From NCBI RefSeq assembly GCF_006345805.1, contig NC_042998.1, positions 124,558,001-124,622,000 of the forward strand: a DNA stretch of 64,000 nucleotides, given 5' to 3'. Below are positions 13,771-26,425 of this stretch, piece by piece. The stretch's first letter is position 1, and each line of letters begins with the position of its first letter. Source of the DNA: Octopus sinensis (Eukaryota). The notes beneath the pieces were generated by a model. That model ran no database searches. It was not told where the DNA came from and was given only the letters and a program-made list of their open reading frames with translations. The position numbers and the translations under genes are program-made.

Positions 13771-14089
13771 CTCACCTCGCCAGACAGCCCGTGTTTTTTT
13801 GAGGGGAAGGGGGGCTACGTTTCTGCCATTTATTTATCCTGCAACAGATTGGCAGTATGAGTACCACATTTAAAAAAAGTAGCAAAGTTTATTCGACTAA
13901 ACTATTCAAGTTAGGTTTAGTCTAATGACTGCAACAAGCAAAAATATCTATATGTTGACATAAAGACACACATAAATATATATGAGTCAACACAAAGAAA
14001 AAAAAATCAAGGAAAAGTACATTTGTATAGTGTTTGACAGATAAACCGACAGGCAGGTTGACAAAGAGAGACAGACAGACAAACACACT

Positions 14090-14197
<108 letters not shown>

Positions 14198-14949
14198 CCC
14201 AAAACTTACCGAGTATTTTTCATTTTTTTTTCAGAAAGCATGCATTTTAGTCTCAATAGTGATCGCTTACTCGCTCCCTAAGCAGAGATATAATATTAGA
14301 TTAAAGCAGTTCCTAGTATATAATCTGACTGAACCAAATTTTCCAAATTTACTTAGATGGTTAAAGTTTTCCCTAAGTGTGTTAACTTCTAGCTGCACTA
14401 GTGTAACTACAGAATAATTAGAAATGTAGTGAAAACTTAGAAATGCAACTTCTTAGCAGACAAATATTTTTTTTCACTGTGAAAAATACTGTGAATAAAG
14501 ATATCTTGGTTATGCTTAAAGAGCCACAGTGTTTCTTATCAACTCATTAAAGATCAGTTTCTGAGAATAGTACCATTTTGGAATTGACAGCATACGAAAA
14601 CTACGAGAGCTAAGTTTGTAGGCCGAATTTTTATTAGCGCAGCATGGCCTATGTGTGAATTTATATATAAAACAAATTTCGCGTAAATCGAACAAGTGGT
14701 TGTGGAGATATTAGGGGTGTTCGGGATATAAATGCCCCAAATCGGTGCATAACGGGAAAATAACTTCACCCTGAAAGGTAAGACACTCTTACCTTTCGGT
14801 TAGACAACGAAAAAATACGGTTTGTGTTTTAAAGTAAATGTTTCTATCTTCGCTTTTGTTAAACACAACATTTTAAGCATTTGGAAATATTTTTAAATAA
14901 ATGTGATTTCAAAAATGTAAGTCGTTTCTTCAGTAAGTATTTATATTTT

Positions 14950-15224
14950 AGCTCGCTGTTGTAGGATCGCGGTTTCGATTCCCTGACCGGGCGTTGTGAG
15001 TGTTTATTGAGCGAAAACACCTATAGCTCCACGACGCTCCGGCAAAGGGGTGGTGGCGATCCCTGCTGTACTCTTTCGCTGCAACTTTCTCTTACTCTTT
15101 CTTCTGTTGGCCTGCTCGCTTAGCCCGCCGGGTGGCGTCATTTGAAGGCTAAAACAATGCGAAGTGCATTGTGGCCAGCGATATGTAGCAACATCTGATA
15201 GCCTGGTCAGTCACGGTGATCACG

Positions 15225-15229
<5 letters not shown>
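14950..15229 (+). mobile_element. tRNA-derived SINE ending in (TA)n
   Basis: B-box-like ggtttcgattccc. The 3' body ggcctgctcgcttagcc...ggtggcgtcatttgaaggctaaaacaatgcgaa...cacggtgat recurs at 45490-45607. Confidence 0.75.
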
Positions 15230-15263
<34 letters not shown>

Positions 15264-15377
15264 ATATTTCGGAATGGTCATATTGCCAGTTTAGCCAATA
15301 AAAACACACGCACTATATATTTGGTGTTATTTTGCTTCAGTGTTATTTATTTTTTACATTAATCTTAATCTTATTTC

Positions 15378-15421
15378 GGCCAGAGTTCTTTCGTCACACT
15401 CCTGTGACCGCATCAGTGGTC
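15378..15421 (-). ncRNA. Candidate type I hammerhead with a non-canonical core
   Basis: Minus strand: gacca CTGATGC g gtcac-aggagt-gtgac GAAAG aa CTC tggcc. Stem I 4 of 5 bp, stem II 5 bp, CUC triplet; C in place of A9. Confidence 0.5.
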
Positions 15422-15952
15422 CTTTGTTTTCTTCTTTCTTATTTGTGTCTCTCCTTACTAACCGTCAGTCATTTTGTATTTCTATTGTGTCTTCATTTGC
15501 GCATGCTTATATCTCTATGTGCGTCTATGTTTATTTAGTGTATGCATGTGGGGGGATGCCTGTAATATTTGTATCTTCTGTTTATATATGTTCATGTAAT
15601 TTGTATTTTGTTTTTGTTGTTTTTGTTTATTCTTATTTTGTTCGTGTGTTTACATCCACTTATTATTATCATTACATATGCTTGTATGTATGTATAACAA
15701 CAATACTAGTAATAATAATAATAAATCGAATCGAAAAAAACACACACATATGACGATAGAGGATCCTGAAAACATAATAAATACACAGATAAATAAACTA
15801 ATAGAAATAAATAACTATATATATATATATAGTAGAAGAAATAGCTATAACTCTTTGACTGCTATTTCTAAATTCGGTATGTGGTAAGGCAATTCGTTGC
15901 TAAACCCTTTATTGCTTAGTATATATATATATATTATATATATATATATAAT

Positions 15953-16399
15953 ATAGAAATATTAAAATTACTAAGTCTCTTTAAAGGGGATTACGGCAGC
16001 GTTACTGGAAATTAATAGTTATCGCCATACTTATATGGCAGTCTTATAAATATAAGACTAAAGCTGTCGCTGATTAGCTCTAAGAGGCCATCGCCTCAAG
16101 CTAGCTATTTGACACACATCTTGCGTCCATTATAAACCTTCGAACAGGGGAGGTCAGTCGCTTCATCCTGCCAGTCAGACAGCTGCAGACATGTTTCAGG
16201 GTATTTGCCCTTTATCAATGCAGCGTAGTCAGTCCCAGCAGGTGTCGCTACTGACTGTCTCTGTTCGAAGAATCTATTTACCTAGTTTCAGTGGAATACA
16301 TCCACTTGTTTTCAATAATAGAAATATTAAAATTACTAAGTCTCTCTAAAGGAGATTACGGCAGCGTTACTGGAAATTAATAGTTATCGCCATACTTAT
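15953..16399 (-). repeat. 365-bp hammerhead-bearing monomer, about 1.2 tandem copies (copy A)
   Basis: atagaaatattaaaattactaagtctct starts at 15953 and again at 16318, giving a period of 365. Confidence 0.92.
16182..16224 (-). ncRNA. Minimal type I hammerhead with a U3-A8 core
   Basis: Minus strand: gctgca TTGATAA aggg-caaata-ccct GAAAC at GTC tgcagc. 6-bp stem I, 4-bp stem II, palindromic stem III ACATGT, GUC triplet. Confidence 0.85.
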
Positions 16400-16469
16400 G
16401 TTTATCTAGTGTGCATATGTGGGGGGATGCCCGTAATATTTGTATCTTCTGTTTATATATGTTCATGTA

Positions 16470-16849
16470 TACGCTGCACTGATAAACGGCAAATACCCTG
16501 AAACATGTCTGCAGCTGTCTGACTGGCAGGATGAAGCGACTGACCTCCCCTGTTCGAAGGTTTATAATGGACGCAGGTTGTGCGTCAAATAGCTAGCTTG
16601 AGGCGATGGCCTCTTAGAGCTAATCAGCGACAGCTTTAGTCTTATATTTATAAGACTGCCATATACGTATGGCGATAACTATTAATTTCCAGTAACGCTG
16701 CCGTAATCTCCTTTAGAGAGACTTAGTAATTTTAATATTTCTATTATTGAAAACAATGGGATGTATTCCACTGAAACTAGATAAATAGATTCTTCGAACA
16801 GGGACAGTCAGTAGCGACACCTGCTGGGTCTGACTACGCTGCATTGATA
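16470..16849 (+). repeat. Inverted copy B of the 365-bp monomer: one full unit plus about 14 nt of terminal redundancy
   Basis: tacgctgca starts at 16470 and 16835 (period 365). The sequence is the reverse complement of copy A with scattered substitutions. Confidence 0.92.
16473..16515 (+). ncRNA. Hammerhead in copy B, with mutated core and stem II
   Basis: gctgca CTGATAA acgg-caaata-ccct GAAAC at GTC tgcagc. C3 opposite A8 and one stem II mismatch, so probably impaired. Confidence 0.7.
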
Positions 16850-16947
16850 TAAACGTACAAACACTTAAAAACCCACACTTTAATTATAGATGAACAACGC
16901 ATAAAGTTACGTATATATGTATGCGAGTGTGTGTGTGTGTGTGTGTG

Positions 16948-16991
<44 letters not shown>

Positions 16992-17469
16992 GTGTACATA
17001 TATAAATATATAATCCCAAAAAAGAGACAAAGAAAGAGTTTGCAGGTCTTTAATGACCAGATAAAATTGTTTCAGTACCACTCTGTTTTTAATGCCATTA
17101 CGCGTAGTGCTGAACTGGCACTTATTTTATCGACACAACGATAAGCATTTTATTTGACGTACTGACAAGTCTGCAAGCTCACTTCCTTAGTAAGTTATAT
17201 ATAATAAGTAGGACACTTTCTATCTTAGTGGATTTTGTTGTTGTCACCCAGAAAAAATATTTTTAAACATAGAAAATTGAAGTGATAAGTATTTCTATTT
17301 ACATGAAAATCATCGTATGTTTTGAATGGAAGACAATTAGTTGAGAACGAAGTAAGAACGTAATCTCTTAAATAAAATTAATTTACACTCTAATATGTAA
17401 TTCTTCACATATATTTATTACCAGATGTACAAGGACAAGAATATAAAAAGCATCTGATAATCATCCACC

Positions 17470-18035
17470 ATTATTGATTCGTCGTCTTAAGTGGATTTCT
17501 TTTAATTTAGGTGAAACCGAAATATCGAGATTCCTAATGAGTCCAAGACATTTTAAGCGATTTTCAATTGTTATGTGGGGCATCATTTTACCTTTCTGCT
17601 ATTTCTCGCACAGTTATATGACTATCAGATTCAATTATGGCTTTGATTCTGTCGTCATCAACTTCAGTAGATCGACTAGAAGGTTGGTCAACTTTAAACG
17701 AAAAATCTCCAGAATGGAATTTTTAAAACCATTTCTGACATGTGCGCTTTGTTAAACAATCAACACCATAAACTTCACATATCTCTTTGTGAGCCTCGAC
17801 AGCTTTCTTGCCTTTACGAAAATAAAAAAGCAAAGTATGGCGAAAATGTTCGTTTTTGAAGTCCATGTTAAAATTGACACCGAACTAACAGTTGTAAACA
17901 AACGTACGCGCAATTTGCTTCTAAAGTAAGCTAAAAGTAACAAATATGAAAAGGAAAAATCATAACATTGACAAAAGTCATTAAAAAAATCCTGATTCTA
18001 TTTGCGAAAAAAGAATTACTTCCCTGCCAACCCAA
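17470..18035 (-). mobile_element. 5' portion of a mariner (mellifera/cecropia-like), decayed
   Basis: From ATG at 17866 the minus strand reads MDFKNEHFRHTLLFYFRKGKKAVEAHKEICEVYGVDCLTKRTCQKWF*KFHSGDFS...ITVREIAE. TIR-like gaattacttccctgccaacccaa|ta ends at 18035. Confidence 0.85.
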
Positions 18036-21000
18036 TATATGCCTATATACGCATATACACACGTGTGTGTGTGTGTGTGTATGTGCGTGCATGTGCTGTT
18101 GTATGAGTGTGTGTGTGTGTGTGTGCATTTGTGTGAGTGTGTGTGTTTGCATGCACGCACATGTGGTGTTTAATTTTATTATTCGTTATTCAATGTATCA
18201 CCAATCATAAAATTTAAAATATTGTTTATACTGATTAACTACTAAGAATTAGAGCATTTTAAGTTTATTCCATTCATGGGATTTTGAGTGAATCTGTTTA
18301 TACATATTTATTCGCGAGGAGAAAAAATATTATTGCAGTGGTTTGTATTGCCTAACATTTATACAATAGTTACTCATCTTTAATCATGGTCAATATAAAC
18401 TTGACCAAACTGCTTTAAAAGAAACTGATTACCAATATATAAAATATATAGCTAAGAATATGAAAGAGGTATTAATACTGTAGATAATTAAGCTGAAATA
18501 TGAGCAGCATTAAAATACAGAATGACCTGTCTGCAATGTGTATAAAATCATGATCTATTAGTTGGTAATCTGATATAGCGCAATTTTATAACACCTTTAA
18601 AAATTGCACCACTGCAATCTAGCAACTCCCAAAAGAAAAGTGTGCTATCACACCTACAAAGAAATTATAATAATTACAAATTGCTGAACAGAAATTTTGC
18701 ACATTCTGCGATCTTATATGTAAGAAAGCTTTTCACTTACCAACTGATGGAAATTTCCTGTTCACAGAAAGAAACGTTACGATGTGTTAAATACAGGAAA
18801 TGTTTCAGCGTTTCAGATACGTAGTATACCAACTCAGGTTACACATTAACACGCAAAATACGCAAGCTAATATATAGAACTGTCAGCAGTTAAACCTTCT
18901 GTTTATTGCAACAGAATTTCGGTTAATGTTTGATTTCTTCTGAGGTTACGCCAGAATAAAACCAGCAAAGTCTTTAAATATATTGATGTTAGAATTGCCA
19001 AAAGTGGCAGCTATTTTCAGCTTGATGTCGAATCATCTAAAATCTCTGAATTATTCTACAGCTATGTTATTCTACGTCCCTTGCTCAGAGCGTATCTCCG
19101 GTTTCAGAATGAGCGCTTGCATATAGCATAGATATTTGACAGCATACTTTCAATCTGCTGATCATCATGCGACTACACTGAGTAATAAAGATATCTAGAA
19201 ATCATGCAGCTAAAGATGTTGACGTCTACATGCGAGTCGGGATTATAATTTGATATCAGTAAAATGTTAACATTTGTTACAAAGAGAGTGGGGGAAAACT
19301 TTCAAGTTGATAGACCCAACAAGTATATTTCCATATAGTCACTCATTCTACAAGAAATAAGTAAATTTGTCAGACAGACGATGAACTAAACAGTTAAAAC
19401 TTTCATCTTACAGACAATATATTTCAGCATGCATCATAGTAATTAATTTCATTTTATAAAATTTGGTATCACATTGTCGACTGTTATCATTTAGATAATC
19501 TAGTTTCGTCAGAACATAACCATGAGATAGAACCTGTTAAAGGTAATTGCAATTAATCTGCCATTACTGTTCAATTTTTGCAGTTGGAATGACCACAAAA
19601 TTTGGTGAAAGTCTTAATACAATAATTAGACAAATTCATTGCTAAAGGAGAGTTTGGAAGAAATTTGTTAAGTGAGTATATAAGGTAAATTTAGAAGGGA
19701 AAGTGACACCAAATGCAGAATCACATGTTTTGTGGAGTAAGGGTTTGAAAGGTACTACAATGCTAGAAACCGCTTTATAAGCGAGTAGATTATCCAGATT
19801 CATTTCGAAAGGTAAGGAAACGAATATGCTGTGAAATTCGAGTAGATATCCTTTACTTTCCTGATAGTCATCTTCTTGGATATTCTTGGTTGTGTAGTGA
19901 TATATGAATGACATACTCAGGAAGAAACTATCTGCATCCTCTTAGCAGTAACAAGTAGGTTAAATTTAGTATGTCGATCGGATATAGGAAACGAATTATA
20001 TGAACTGGTTCTGTATTTAGAATATAATTCGTTATACATTTATTATATCTATAAAGGATTAACATTGAATTGACTGAAGAATTGTTTTGTTTTTTGTCTT
20101 GTTTTTTTATTTTTCACTCATTTTAAATCTACTTATTTTTCAAATATTATGATTCACGAGTAATTATGACTAATCAACTATTATAAACAATAAATTCTTG
20201 AGACAGTTTGGTTTATCACGGATAAAAAAAGAAACACTTGTATTGCGTAATTTACACAAGAAATAGCTCTACCTATCAACTAAAATGTTTTTGATGTGCA
20301 TTGATATTTGATTAACAACATATACGCTTCTATATTATTTTTATCATTTTGTCCCATTCTACAATACTTTCATCTATGTTTAGAAGTTTTGAAGTTTTTG
20401 CCGAAATTCCCAAATATCTGTCGCCTAAACACTAGTAAACGTTGTAATTCAATATTGTCCATGATTTTCTTGATGTGAATCTAAACGAACTTTCACATGA
20501 GTACGATGTACTTTTAGTAAATCTCATTTATCTGAAACTAAGTAAAACTTTTAAGAAAAACTTTAGTATTCTTTAGATGTTCTTCGTTTATAATAATGTT
20601 ACTGTACTGTAATGAGTAAATTTTAGTTTATCTTTGATCTTAAAACTGTTGTTAATTGCGTTATCTTCTAATGAGTATGCGTTTTAAGGAAACTTCATGA
20701 TGTCAGACTAAGGTCATTAGAGTATTTTATGGCATAAATTTGTGTTCACAGCTAGAGATCTACTGCTGGAAGCGTTATCTTCCAATGCTTTCTAGATCAA
20801 TAAAATAATGCAATGCAGTACCGACGTTGATTCAATTGACTACATACATTGCAGAGAAATGGAAAAACCACTCAAGTAAGTAGTCTATTCTACACCATGT
20901 TCGATCAGTTTCTTTTAATAAATTCATCCATTCACAACAATCTCTCTCATTTCTTTGTTAACGTCGTTTTTACTTCCATATTATGAGACCCAACTTTTTC

Positions 21001-23807
21001 TTTTGTTATACCACCGTATTTCTCTTAATAGTTGACAAAAAAATTGTTATAGTCTTGGATTAAACATACGTGAGGGACTGCGCTCAATGCAAACTATTTT
21101 GTTAGGTATGTATTTTTCAGTTGAAAACAGGAACATGTTGGAAAAGCAGTCATCGTCGAGAGAAGCCTAACCAACCTTTGTAACCATTCAATAAACAAGC
21201 TTCTATAGAACATCCGAATTTGCTTTTTCCTCTGTTACTTCATCTTTAATAAAAAAAACTGGGAGGAATAAGAAAACAGAGCTAAAGCAGCCTGACAGCC
21301 AGTTGATATGAAAAGCCATCTGTACACAATATGGGAGATTGGTTATGTGTATATAACGACATGCATGTTCAAAATATATCCAGACGAATATATTCCTCGC
21401 ATTTTGAAATATCACGAACATCACTCAACTGCCTCTAAATACTGGATTTACCGAAGACCTCCTAGGGAAAAGCACAACCTAGATTCTAAAAATCTCAAAT
21501 GAGGCCCACAATAAATTATTACTCTCATGTACGTAGGACAGGCTATTGTATCTCGAACAGACATTCTGGAAAGCTTCCAAAAATGAACCACCCCGCTTCT
21601 GATTAGCATAAAACGACGATTCACAGAGACGCTCGAGACTGGCCCATGGGCACACCTCTTCATCTTTCTGTCTTCTCTAATACTTCTTTAATTATCTCTT
21701 ACACAGGGCTAGTTGAGTTCAGGCCAGCTTCATAGAGTCATTTCTGGTCCATTTATCTATCTCTTCCTCTTGTTACTCTTGTCGACAATCCCTGAACAAG
21801 TACTGCACTAACCAATCCACCACCGAAACTTCCATTCTCAGAACATCAGCATGTGAGAATGAGAATTCTTTCTTCACTCATATCTTTCCTGTAGGTGTTG
21901 ATTTACAAAAAAGTTGATGTGGATAATTATTGCATCAATCTCATCGGTCTACGAGAGTCTACAAAGACAATGACCATTACTCATTCCTCAAGATTCTGCA
22001 AGTAAAAGAAATGAACATCACACAATTTTTCTTATAAAAGTTATTTCAAATATATGATATGGAAGAGCACCGGATTCAAAATTATGTTTTGTTTATAGAC
22101 TTATTACTACGGTGTCACAGTTTAATAACAGAGTATTAGTCATATTAACAGATTTCATAAAAACCATGATAATATTTTTATACACGTTGTACTTATACAA
22201 CTATATAATTGTGTTTCCACTTCCCTAAAATCGTTTCAGTATTTGGCTTGAAAAAGCTATGTTGTCTATTTCTATAATCATTGTAACATCATGCTTATAA
22301 CTAATCAATGACAAACGTTGCTTCCCACATTCAAATTGGCGCTGTTCGAAAGGAGGAGAATAAACTGTTGGCAGCAAACGGTAATTAAATACTATTTAAC
22401 TTCAAAAATAATAAATACAGTATAATTTCATTCCATCACCACGGGGAGGTTTTCTTCAAATGTAATTTTCTGTTCATAAATGTTTCTAAGACAATTATTC
22501 TCTAACTGAGAAAATGAGTCGCTTCATCAAAATAGGATGCCGTAAAATATTGGTATCGTGGCAATTAAAGAAATGTTTGAGCGTAATGAAGGTTTCTATA
22601 AGTTGTATAGATTCCAATTTGGCAGCATCTCAAAACACAGTGTATCGTTATTGTTAACCATTATCAATGTACCTTCTAGTTAGTGGTTTCTTGTAATTTT
22701 AACACTATTTCAACCATCGAGCTCATTGAAGTCGAGTTCACTTTAAAGTCTTTAAACGGGTTCGAAATGTAATAGTTTATATCATGAATAATATGGAAGA
22801 AATACATGTGCTAAATGCAATTATGGTAGTATATCAGATGTTTAATATAGTATATTGATAAACTTCGATGTACAACCATTTGCCAAAAGAATATTCCTCT
22901 AAATATTTCTTAAATTTAAAAACAACCACGTTTGGAAAACATAAGCAACGGAGATAGGTGTAGATGTTTTCTTTAATAATAACTAGTGAAAAAAAGAGAC
23001 ATGTTTCAGTTTTTGTAGACTTCTTTAGTGAATCATATTATACTCAGTACACAGGCTTAAGGGTCGTAAATATATATACAGAAACAGAAGCACTGATATT
23101 GATATTGAAGTAGTGATATGGCTGAGAGATATAGCCTTTGAACTGTATTTTGTGTAGAAACTACAATTATGGTAGTATCTTACATATGTAATACTGTGAA
23201 TTAACAAAATAAAAAAAAATAGCTCACTAGGATTATCCATGAAAATAGAAGTCGACGCTTTTCTTTATGAATGAATAAAATTTAAAGGAGAATAAAATTC
23301 AAGAGAAAGAGCGACAGTGCCGGTTCATAACAAAATTTGGACGCAAAACTCAAAAGTAACAAAAAACGTTTACCTTTTAAAATATAAAATGCGTAGTTGG
23401 TAGTTTCTTGTAGTATGGACATTATTACTACCATTCATGTCGAACTCGATATCAATGAACTGCGTCCATGTTCTCTATATTTAAAACTATTTGAGCGACT
23501 TAAAATATTTTTCCACAAAAGACAATGTAGTACTAGAAATCCTGTTGCATGTGTTTTAAGATCTCCTCTAGTTTTAGTACAACATTATATATTTTGGAAG
23601 AAATTGTGATCAAACATGACTAACTATTTGATTAACGACTATGAACGGATGAAAAATAAAGACTAGCCTGTTGAGATTAAACTCAATACGTTAACAGAGC
23701 AATTAAATAACAGTGCACTGTATTTTCGACTGTTCCCTCCATAGATATTTTTAATAGATGATATTAATGGTCTCTCTTCCTCTCCCTCGTTCTCACTCTC
23801 TCTCTCT

Positions 23808-23852
<45 letters not shown>

Positions 23853-24340
23853 CACTCTTACATACACATACAGGTGCCTGTGACTTTATGTGTGTGTTTA
23901 CAATTTATATATGCAGATAGGCTACAAATTTACATTATGTTTGCTTTTTGTTCTACATGTCTCACTCCGAGATTATACTTAATTTACTATTCAGGCTACA
24001 GTGTTTCTTTTTCCACACTGTATGCTTCATATAGCTTACTTTATGTTTGATGATTTCAAAATCCAAACGACAAATCGAATGAACAAATCGTTTGACTTTA
24101 TTGTTGTTGCACGTATTAGAAACATAACAAATCATGAAATGAAAAACATTACTCGTCAGCTTTGCGAAATGACAGGCGAAATGACAATTACAGTTATCTA
24201 AAGTATTTCATACTTTTATTCTTTATGAGAGACCTACCAAGTTACGCAGACGTTTGTAACGACATGTCTTGTAAAGATGGCAAAAACTGTACCCATGATT
24301 CTATTAAATATTAGATGATAATTATGTAATATTTAATTAT

Positions 24341-24680
24341 GGGAAGGTGCATGGCTCAGTGGTTAGAGCTTCGAGCTTACGATCGTGAGGGTGTTAGTCT
24401 GATTCCCAGACCGGGCTGCGTGTTGTGTTCTTGAGAAAAACACTGTATTTCACGTTGCTCCAGTTAATTCAGCTGTAGAAATGAGTTGCGACATCACTGG
24501 TGCCAAGCTGTATCGTCCTTTGCCTTTCCCTTGGATAACATCAGTGGTATGGAGAGGGGAGGCTGTTATGCATGGGCGACTGCTGGCTTTCCACAAACAA
24601 AGTTACCCTCCGAGGACTTGTGTCTCGGAGGGTCACTTTCTAGGTGCAATCCCATGGTCATTCATGACTGAAGGGGGTCT
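24341..24680 (+). mobile_element. Full-length tRNA-derived SINE
   Basis: A-box-like tggctcagtgg, degenerate B-box, central gtgttgtgttcttgag...tatttcacgttgctccag; same head and centre as the minus-strand copy at 57369-57667. Confidence 0.8.
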
Positions 24681-25831
24681 CCTCCTCCTCCAATATTTAA
24701 TAGTATCATGGCCAGAGATAATGTTGGTATAGCTAAAAGGATCTCCCTAGAAATACTTAATTCTAGAACAGGATTTCACAGCTTAGCTTGTTGGTCAAGT
24801 GTAAGTTCAGTGTAACCTCAAATGATGATTGCCCTTTGAAAGAGATATGGTAGGCGGAAAAAGAGCTAAATCTTATAGTGTGTGCATTTGTGTGTGTAAA
24901 AGAGAGAGAGAGAGAGAGAGTGAGTGAGTGTGTCTGTATTGGTGTACAATTAGTTGCTCAAAAATTGCTATACTTAGTATTTTACGTTATGGTAAAGAGC
25001 TTTTACGCCTTGACATAAAACAATTACCAAAGTACTGGAATCTATACATTCAACTAAAAGAAGCTGAAGGCGGTGACAAGTCAGGGTCGATGTCCTATAG
25101 AACAGAAACTAACAAAAGAATCAAAGAATATTATAAAGCTTGTAATAAATGAATCACGCTTTGTATAAACTGAGATCGGTATCCATCTTTAAGAAGTCAG
25201 ATAGTATTTTCATAAGATCAAACCATGTATAGATAATAAATGTCATGCTTTAATAGAAACAACTCCATCATACTATTTATGTAGTTAATAATTCGTTCTT
25301 ATCAAACATTCCATTCTTCACAAGATGAATATTATATATTTTTAATCATTTTTGTATATTTCTTTTGACAATATAAACGTTCTAGAAACGAACTTAACCT
25401 ACGAACATCGGCTTTTTGATTCCTAGCAAAATAATTACTTCGATATTTCTCTGCAGCACATTTATCCGGTGTTTGCTTTTAAGCTGTTTGACTTGCGCCT
25501 CAAAAACTCACATAGACAAATAAATTTTATGTCTTTTGTATGGAGACACTTTGATAACTTTGAAAAAGCAATTCAAAGATCAATCTACAACGGATAGAAT
25601 GCGCCACCTTTATTTGAAAGATTAAATATCTTATCATTATGAGTTATTGTAGATAATAAACTGTGCTGTACACAACAATATTGTTTCTCAGAATCCACAT
25701 TCGGCTTTAATATACTTTGATATACAACACGCATAATGTTCCTGATACAAAGAAGTCATTTAAGTGACTATAGACAGGCGCAAGAGCAACAAGCAAGTGT
25801 ATTAGCTTGACGCTCTGGAAAATTAAAATGT

Positions 25832-25867
25832 GTCTTACGTTTCGAGCCTACGCTCTTCAAAAGAAAG
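25832..25867 (-). ncRNA. Degenerate hammerhead in a Penelope pLTR fragment
   Basis: Minus strand: cttt CTTTTGA a gagc-gtag-gctc GAAAC GTA aga. Same flanking context as 35675-35708; G5 is lost. Confidence 0.5.
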
Positions 25868-25964
25868 GAAATAACAGAAAATATACAGAAAGAGAATGAA
25901 AAAAACTTGCAGATTTCAGTGGTTCAGCATGGCTAATGGGGGAGAACAACTTTGGTCAGACGAA

Positions 25965-26115
25965 GAAGTGTGAGGCTGTCGGGTTGGGGGGGGAGGTCGA
26001 AGCTCCAGAAAGTGTTTCAGCGCAATAAGCCCTTCGTTGTGTAGGATCACCGTATATAAATTCTTGATATCAAGAGTGAAGAGAAATTTAGAGGGGCCAG
26101 ACGGGAAGGAGAAAG
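25965..26115 (-). pseudogene. Penelope (Poseidon-type) RT fragment
   Basis: FSFPSGPSKFLFTLDIKNLYTVILHNEGLIALKHFLELRP matches the PLE RT motif LFTxDVxSLYTxIPH. Confidence 0.8.
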
Positions 26116-26186
26116 AAACAGTTAGTGTCATGTACACACACACACACATACACATATATATATATATATGTATATATTTATTTATT

Positions 26187-26226
<40 letters not shown>

Positions 26227-26269
26227 TGGAGAGAGAGGGGGTAGATAGAAAGAGAGGGAGAAAGGGGGA

Positions 26270-26425
26270 GAACGTAAGTAGCGAATTGACAGTGTTGGAT
26301 AGAATGTTTTATAGTATTTTATAGTATTTCTTCCGGTTCTCCGCGCCCTGAGTTCAAATCCTGCTGGGGTAAACTCAGCTTTTCGTACTATCTCAATCGA
26401 TATAAGAAACATATCAGTCCCTTGT
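26270..26425 (+). mobile_element. Degenerate SINE of the family at 37198 and 61491
   Basis: ctgagttcaaatcc B-box; similar to the better preserved copies. Confidence 0.55.

Noticed and set aside
17752-17943. Minus-strand ORF that looks like a GPCR transmembrane segment
   Set aside because: It is an alternative frame of the mariner transposase N-terminus.
20790-20885. Candidate exon of about 80 nt (tttctag...INKIMQCSTDVDSIDYIHCREMEKPL...gtaagt)
   Set aside because: The splice signals are plausible, but an open 80-mer is expected by chance, and there are no neighbouring exons or recognisable domain.
21430-21900. Possible very old RTE-like LINE remnants on both strands
   Set aside because: Only weak resemblance (ILESFQ, RVTRGR); insufficient to call.
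24341-24420. tRNA genes at SINE heads (also at 37400 and 61495)
   Set aside because: A/B-box-like motifs are present, but there is no full cloverleaf and the sequence continues into repeated SINE bodies.
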